This document shows, in pieces, positions 57,387-64,000 of a stretch of DNA of 64,000 nucleotides. Every line of letters starts with the position of its first letter. Within the stretch, counting starts at the first letter, position 1. The position numbers were made by a program, and so were the translations under genes. The DNA comes from Octopus vulgaris (Eukaryota). The DNA is taken from positions 21,328,001 to 21,392,000 of the forward strand of contig OX597834.1 in the NCBI GenBank assembly GCA_951406725.2. The letters run 5' to 3'. The notes beneath the pieces are model-generated. The model was not told the origin of the DNA. It saw nothing but the letters and a program-made list of their open reading frames with translations, and made no database searches.

Positions 57387-57489
57387 TTCTAACATAATTC
57401 TTTTTATTTTTATTTTCAGGTAAGCTGATTAATTTCCTTTATAATTATCTTCCATGCTATTAATGAATCACTTAACTGAAATCGTAAGT
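57387..57489 (+). other. Candidate recursive splice site (CAG|GTAAG) with 64-nt non-coding RS-exon 57420-57483
   Basis: Branchpoint ttctaac 57387-57393, U-rich tract, CAG 57417-57419 directly followed by GTAAGC, second donor GTAAGT at 57484-57489. Confidence 0.55.
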
Positions 57490-58342
57490 ATTTTGCAAGT
57501 CTTTTGTCTTTCAACTGAACATCACGACTATGGCCAGTAGAGTTTCATCGTGAAATATTCCACCCACCTCTCTTGCATTGTAGAACAAGTTTCTCTCATC
57601 TTTGGAAAATATCCATCTAACAGTGATATGAAAGGTTGCACACATATGTCTGGTACTCTGTCTCTTACGAAGACAAGAGTCCCAGATGATCTGCTCAACA
57701 GAACAGCCTGCTCATGAAACTAACATACAAGTGGTTGAGCACTCCACAGACACATGTACTCTTAATGTAGTTCTCGGGGAGATTCAGAGTGACACAGAAT
57801 GTGACAAGGCTGGCCCTCTTGAATTACAGGTCCTATTCATTTTGGCCAGCTGAGTGGATTCGGATAAAGTGAAGTAAAGTGTCTTGCTCAAGGACATAAC
57901 ACACCACTTGGAATTGAACACATGACCTTATGATCATGAACCGAATACCCAAACCACTAAGCCATGTGCCTTCAAAGTACGCATTTACATACATATATAT
58001 ATATGCATGTGTGTGTGTGTGCATAGGATATCTGTAACTTGATGCATCTTCCACAAATCCAGGTGTCGCCACCCATAATGAGGAGGAGAGAAAAACTAAT
58101 AATCACAGGAGCAAAATAGGATTAAATGAGCGCGTGCCACTGGCCATTCTTTGTGGCAAGGCCATTGCGATCATTACCACAGGGCACGTGGCTCATCATC
58201 TCTCCCCTTCCATTTTCTGCAGCTTTCCCCCTTCTCCCTTTTCTTTTCTCCATTTATCTTTCCTTTTTGTGCATATTTTTTTTTATATCTTTTTAAAGTG
58301 TATATCAATATATAAATTATTTTTGAAATATGCAATAAAATG

Positions 58343-58440
58343 TTCCCTGAGGATCTGTTATTATTGAGCATCAAAAAGCACTTGAGACGACTTTTATTGC
58401 AAGGTGCCAAGCAACCATAATGGCGAAACGTGTGTAGGAA
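58343..58440 (+). ncRNA. Type I hammerhead-like motif with canonical core boxes and ~70-nt stem II insert
   Basis: ttcc-CTGAGGA-t[ctgttat...ataatgg]c-GAAAC-gtgt-GTA-ggaa. The first stem II pair is a U.C mismatch. Confidence 0.55.
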
Positions 58441-58636
58441 ATATAATATAAATTCATCTTTATCCATATTTCTCATACACACACCCATATATATATATTA
58501 TTGGTTACTTGTTTACAAGTCAGTAAAAACAGCCTTCCTTTAAAGAGAAACTGACCGACTGCATTTTTATATTGCCAAGTAATATATTTCTGATCATGGC
58601 ATATGACCATTGGTAATATTCTGGCCAGTTTTATAA

Positions 58637-58850
58637 GGCAGCGAGCTGGCGGAAATGGTAGCATTCCAGGCAAAATGCTCAGCAGTATTTCGTCTGTCTT
58701 TTACATTCTGAGTCCAAATTCCACTGAGGTCGACTTTGCCTTTCATCCCTTCGGGTTCCATAAGTTATGTACCAGTTGCATACTGGGGTCGATCTAATTG
58801 ACTGGCCCCCTCCCCAAAGATTTCAGGCCTTGTGCCAAGAGCAGAAAAGA
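58637..58850 (+). mobile_element. SINE family B copy
   Basis: aggcagcgagctggcggaaatggtagc...gtcgactttgcctttcatcc... Flanked by the approximate TSD aatattctg(g/a)cca(g/a)ttttat. Confidence 0.85.
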
Positions 58851-59192
58851 ATATTCTGACCAATTTTATGCTATAATAAGGAATATACTACTTAACAATA
58901 TAAAAGTATGTGTGTGTGTGTATCTTTGAATATGTCCATGTATGTATAAATGTATGCATGTGTATTCCGAGGCATACTAATGTCCATTATTTTGCTTCCT
59001 GTTGTGGGTGTTTTTATTCCCTTATATTACGCTATTTTCTCATCAATATATGATAAAGGCTTATAAATTTAATTACAAGATTTCAATCACCTCCATTTCC
59101 TAATTAACACAGAATTTGTACATGTTTACTGCTTTGAAATCAAAGTTTCTAAATTTAACAGTAAAAAAGTCAATATATATATACATACATAC

Positions 59193-59251
<59 letters not shown>

Positions 59252-59258
59252 CACACAC

Positions 59259-59307
<49 letters not shown>

Positions 59308-59353
59308 CACATATATATATATATATACATATATATACACACACACACATATA

Positions 59354-59389
<36 letters not shown>

Positions 59390-59427
59390 TGTATATTTCC
59401 CTGTCTCTCTTTCTCTCTGTCTGTCTC

Positions 59428-59466
<39 letters not shown>

Positions 59467-59483
59467 CTCTATATATATATACA

Positions 59484-59783
59484 CACACACATGTATGCTC
59501 ATATTGAAGGCATAAGTGTGGCTGTGTGGTTCCCAATCACGTGGTTCCAGGTTCAGTTGCACTGTGCGGCACCCTTGCTCTAAATGCCATGCAGTGGGAC
59601 TGAACCCAAAACAAAATGGTTTGTAATGAAATTTCTTCACTTCACACCCCAAGCCTGAACTTCTACCACCTACAATACTCAAAACCAAGGAACTAAATGA
59701 AAAAGCAAAAAAAAAAAAAAAAAAGAAAAAACCAACACACCTTATTGCTTTAATAAATTCAGTTTAAGTAAATATTCTGCATG
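59484..59783 (+). repeat. Left arm of long inverted duplication IR2
   Basis: Reverse complement of 61583-61868, roughly 90% identical by eye. Confidence 0.95.
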
Positions 59784-60056
59784 TCTTTAAGAGTTTTGTA
59801 TCGGGCATTTTTATCAGAAAGAAAACATAAGTAGTTGAGAAAGATTTCTAGATAACAAGATAGCTTAGCAGATAAATACGATACTGTTTTAGCATCTATT
59901 ATTTTAGATGGGAAAAACATTATTGATGTTTAATACGAATTTATAATTGTATCTTTTTGGATGGAAGTTATTTAGATGTTGTTCAGTGCAGTTTGAATGT
60001 GCAACAAGGACGGTTAGACTTGTATTGGGTGCATCACAAATCAAGAAAACTGTTGT

Positions 60057-60095
<39 letters not shown>

Positions 60096-60129
60096 TATAT
60101 ATACATATATGTATATATATATAAGTATA

Positions 60130-60182
<53 letters not shown>

Positions 60183-60442
60183 ATATGTATATATATATAT
60201 GTATATATATGTTTATGTATATATACATATATATATATATACACACATATATATATATATACATATATATGTATATACATATATATATGTATATAATTAT
60301 ATATATATATATATATACATGTATATTTTACAGACACCCGAACACACCCAGTGCTTCCAAAGTTTGTTTTTAAAATGTTGCATATATATATATATACACA
60401 CAAATACATATCAATTTGTATATATAGCTTTTGTTTATTTTT

Positions 60443-60518
<76 letters not shown>

Positions 60519-60525
60519 TATGTAT

Positions 60526-60902
60526 TCTCTATATATAAACGGCAGTTTGTCTGTGCGTGTTTCTGTGTGTCTGTTTGCTTGTACCTCACCCTGACCACGG
60601 CTTTCAACCGATTCTGATGAAACTTGACACACACATAGCCCAATGTCATAATTCAAAACTAACGCAGCGAAAATTTTGAAAAGTTCCCCCAGTTCTGAAA
60701 AATCGATAAATTCGACATGGGGTCGAGAATCAGGAATACGAACCACAAACTGTCTAGGGGACGCAACTCTACCTTTTTAAATTCAAAAAAAATTTACCAT
60801 AATTTTTTTCCATTTTTTTGCTATTTTTTGCCTATAACTCTCTAAAAATGCTTTATAGTTATTTCCCTTACAAACCTGAGCAACGCCGGGCGATACTGCT
60901 AG
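60526..60902 (+). mobile_element. Non-autonomous Helitron
   Basis: Starts TC(tc)tatatataaa and ends cctgagcaacgccgggcgatactgCTAG|t. Its 3' ~120 bp are shared with 7252-7648. Confidence 0.85.
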
Positions 60903-61341
60903 TATATATATATATATACATATACTAATATATATGCATTCACAGATATGTATAAATATGAGTGTGTGTATATATATGTATATGCATGTGTATAGATATA
61001 GATATACATACATATATATGTTTATATATATATATACATATATATGTGTATGTGTGACAAGGTGGAAGTATGCATGCATGTGTGGGTGTGCACACAGACG
61101 TAACTGAGAACTTAAGGAAAAATGGAAAACTGTTTCAAGTTATTTTGTTTTTATATATTTGTGTTTAGATAGTTTTTTTTGTTTATTTTGCAGTATATAT
61201 GTATATGCATAAGTGTGCCAATGTGTGTGTATGTGTGTGCATGTGTGTGTGTGTGTGTGTGGCTGTAATAGATGTGGGCATGGGTAAGGAGTTTACTTTT
61301 CAGCTGTGTGGTCCTAGGTTCAATTCCACCAAAAGATAAAT

Positions 61342-61393
<52 letters not shown>

Positions 61394-61582
61394 ATGTATA
61401 TATGTCATTTGCATACCATAGAAAATATTCCAACACTACTGCCCAAATGATGTTGGCACTTACTCTAAAATTCACCCAAGGCTTGACCCCGCCAGGTTAT
61501 CTGTCCCCTATAAAAGTCATGTTCACATCACATTACAACACTCAAACTTCTTCACCTCAACTGGCCCTGCTCTCGTTCACGT

Positions 61583-61868
61583 CATGCATAAAAATTTACT
61601 TAAACTGAATTTATTAAAGCAATAAGGTGTATTGTTTTTTATTTTTTCTGCTTTTTCATTTAGTTCCTTGTTTTTGAGTGTTGTAGGTGGTAGAAGTTCA
61701 GGCTTGGGGTGTGGAGTTAAGAAATTTCATTACAAACCATTTTGTTTTGAGTTCAGTCCCACTGCATGGCATTTAGAGCAAGGGTGCCCCACAGTGCAAC
61801 TGAACCTGGAACCATGTGATTGGAACCACACAGCCATACTTATGCCTTCAATATGAGCATACATGTGT
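61583..61868 (-). repeat. Right arm of long inverted duplication IR2
   Basis: Reverse complement of 59484-59783; the outer microsatellite flanks are also complementary. Confidence 0.95.
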
Positions 61869-62138
61869 ATGTGTATATATATATATATATATATAGATAG
61901 ATGCATAAAAGAGGAGAAAGATCCCCTAACATCCAACCAGTTCCTGAACGAATATCTCCTATAAATTCCATATAAACCACCTACCCCCTTGGATATATCT
62001 CTGCAAACGATAAGTCTTTACTTGAATGGGATATGGTACCCAATGAATGACTGGAATATGATGTCTTGTCCAGTTGGTGCCATTAAGTTAAACATGGCCT
62101 AGCCTGATTCAGGCTGAAACTTATCTAAATATCTAAGT

Positions 62139-62357
62139 CAGTGCTTTTCAACCTTTTTGCTGGAGCGGAACCCTAAGGAAACATTCCACTGGCTCGAGGA
62201 ACCCCTGTGCAATAATTTAATAGTCTTATGCACACATATCTACACAGGAGACTTAAAAATTACTGCCGATTTTTGCAGTTTTGTAACTTCTTGTGGAACC
62301 CCTGGACTGTACTGGCGGAACCCTAAGGTTCCGCAGAACCCTGGATGAAAACCACTG
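62139..62357. mobile_element. hAT (Charlie-like) MITE, 219 bp
   Basis: TIRs CAGTGCTTTTCA...TGAAAACCACTG. 8-bp TSD atctaagt at 62131-62138 and 62358-62365. Internal ggaaccc subterminal repeats. Confidence 0.9.
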
Positions 62358-62629
62358 ATCTAAGTTATCTAAGTATCTAAGTGTATATGATGTATATATG
62401 TAAGATTCAGTTGAATTAGGTACTTAAATTGAGGCACCTCGTTAGATCAGAATAATATACACACACAACAATATTAAGTAAATATCAAACTTTGTACATA
62501 AATACCTGCCGAATGATATTCTTGCAGTTAGACCCAGGTGAGTGAAGAAATTTGCTCTGGGCTATTCAGACATTTACTTTATATTAAATATACTGTCCAT
62601 GATATTTACGAAGGGCAGATTCTGAGACA

Positions 62630-63000
62630 GGTTAATAAAGTCGCCTGTTTACCAACCACATGGTTCTGGGTTCAGTCCCACTGCGTGGCACCTTGGGTAA
62701 GTGTCTTCTACTATAGCCTCGGGCCGACCAAAGCCTTGTGAGTGGATTTGGAAGACGGAAACTGAAAGAAGCCCGTCGTATATATGTATATATATATATG
62801 CGTGTGTATGTTTGTCCCCCTAGCATTGCTTAACAACCGATGCTAGTGTGTTTACGTCGCAATCACTTAGCGGTTCGGCAAAAGAAACCGATAGAATAAG
62901 TACTGGGCTAACAAAGAATAAGTCCTGGGGTCGATCTGCTCGACTAAAGGTGGTGCTCCAGCATGGCCACAGTCAAATGACTGAAACAAGTAAAAAAGAG
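62630..63000 (+). mobile_element. SINE family A copy (5'-eroded)
   Basis: ccacatggttctgggttcagtcccactgcgtggcaccttggg...aaatgactgaaacaagtaaaa. Confidence 0.88.
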
Positions 63001-63487
63001 AAAGGAGAAAGAGAGAAATATATATGCATGTGTATGTATACATATGTGTACATATATATATATATATTCGGCTGTATTTATCCAAAGCCCAACCTCCATT
63101 TTCCTGCATCTATAAAGATTGCTACCAATGCCACATATGCCACCATAAATAGCAATTGGTACCCACCAGTTCCACTGCAGCATCTGATTTCCATATGTTC
63201 TGCTCTCTCGAGGGTGTTACTTATCACAATGCTGCATCTAATGCGCCCAAAGTTCAACATGTGCATCTGCATCTGCACACAAAACATCCTGCAACGCAAG
63301 CAACGCAACATCGTTTCCTTCCACCATTGTTCGCACGATGCAACCTGACACAAGGGCCTTTAAACAGGCACTCAACCTGCTAGAAATAGCAGCCAAGTCT
63401 CCCTTAACTCTCACATCTAACATCTTAAACGAAATGTAAAGATTTGCGGGACAATGTAGACCGTCATAGACATGAAAAACCAGGATT

Positions 63488-63700
63488 CTTTTATTCATTT
63501 ACTTGTTTAAGTCATTTGACTGCAGCCATGCTGGAGCACAGTCTTAAAGGGTTTTAGTCAAAGAAATCGACCCCAGGACTTAGTCTTTGTAAGCCTAGTA
63601 CTTATTCTATCGGTCTCTTTTGCTGAACCACTAAGTTACAGGGACATAAACACACCAACATCGGTTGTCAAGCGATATTGGGGGAACAAACATAGACACA
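63488..63700 (-). mobile_element. SINE family A 3' half, inverted
   Basis: Reverse complement of the family A 3' half. Confidence 0.8.
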
Positions 63701-63718
63701 CATACATATATAAATACA

Positions 63719-63879
63719 CAGTGCAAGAGTGGCTGTGTGGTAAGTAGCTTGCTTACCGACCACATGGTTCCGGGTTCAGTCCCACTGCATGGCACCTTGG
63801 GCAAGTATCTTCTACTTTAGCCTCGGGCCAACCAAAGCCTTGAGTGGATTTGGTAGACGGAAACTGAAAGAAGCCCGTC

Positions 63880-63911
<32 letters not shown>

Positions 63912-64000
63912 ATGTATATATATACATATATATGTGTGTGTGTGTATGTATATATATACATATATATGTGTGTGTGTGTGTCCTCCCAACATCGCTTGAC
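63719..64000 (+). mobile_element. SINE family A copy running off the window end
   Basis: gtgcaagagtggctgtgtggtaagtagcttgc...ggcaccttgggcaag. Confidence 0.88.

Noticed and set aside
63090-63350. Possible mariner transposase relic (WYPP...AASDFHMFCSL) or host exon
   Set aside because: The resemblance to HPPYSPDLAPSDFHLF is faint and needs frameshifts. There are no TIRs or clear splice sites, so TBLASTN/HMM support would be required.

Overview
This is eukaryotic, AT-rich DNA saturated with microsatellites ((TA)n, (CA)n, (ATT)n, (GATA)n). The repeat content looks like a coleoid cephalopod, probably Octopus; this is inference from the SINE families and microsatellite density. I can support no intact host protein-coding gene, and nearly all ORF-track entries are translations of simple repeats. 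The window reads as a long intron or intergenic regulatory region. It holds several tRNA-derived SINE families, truncated LINE relics (CR1/L2-type, R4/Dong-type), two non-autonomous Helitrons, piggyBac- and hAT-type MITEs, and Penelope-like ends with minimal hammerhead-ribozyme motifs. Two structures stand out. (1) Two separate long local inverted duplications (~300-340 bp arms, ~1.8 kb spacers), one with a 59-bp near-perfect hairpin at its midpoint; their mismatches lean toward G.U wobbles on the + strand, making them candidate long dsRNA/ADAR substrates. (2) A branchpoint-polypyrimidine-CAG|GTAAG junction followed 64 nt later by a second GTAAGT donor, the layout of a recursive splice site with an RS-exon. 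All alignments and counts were done by eye.
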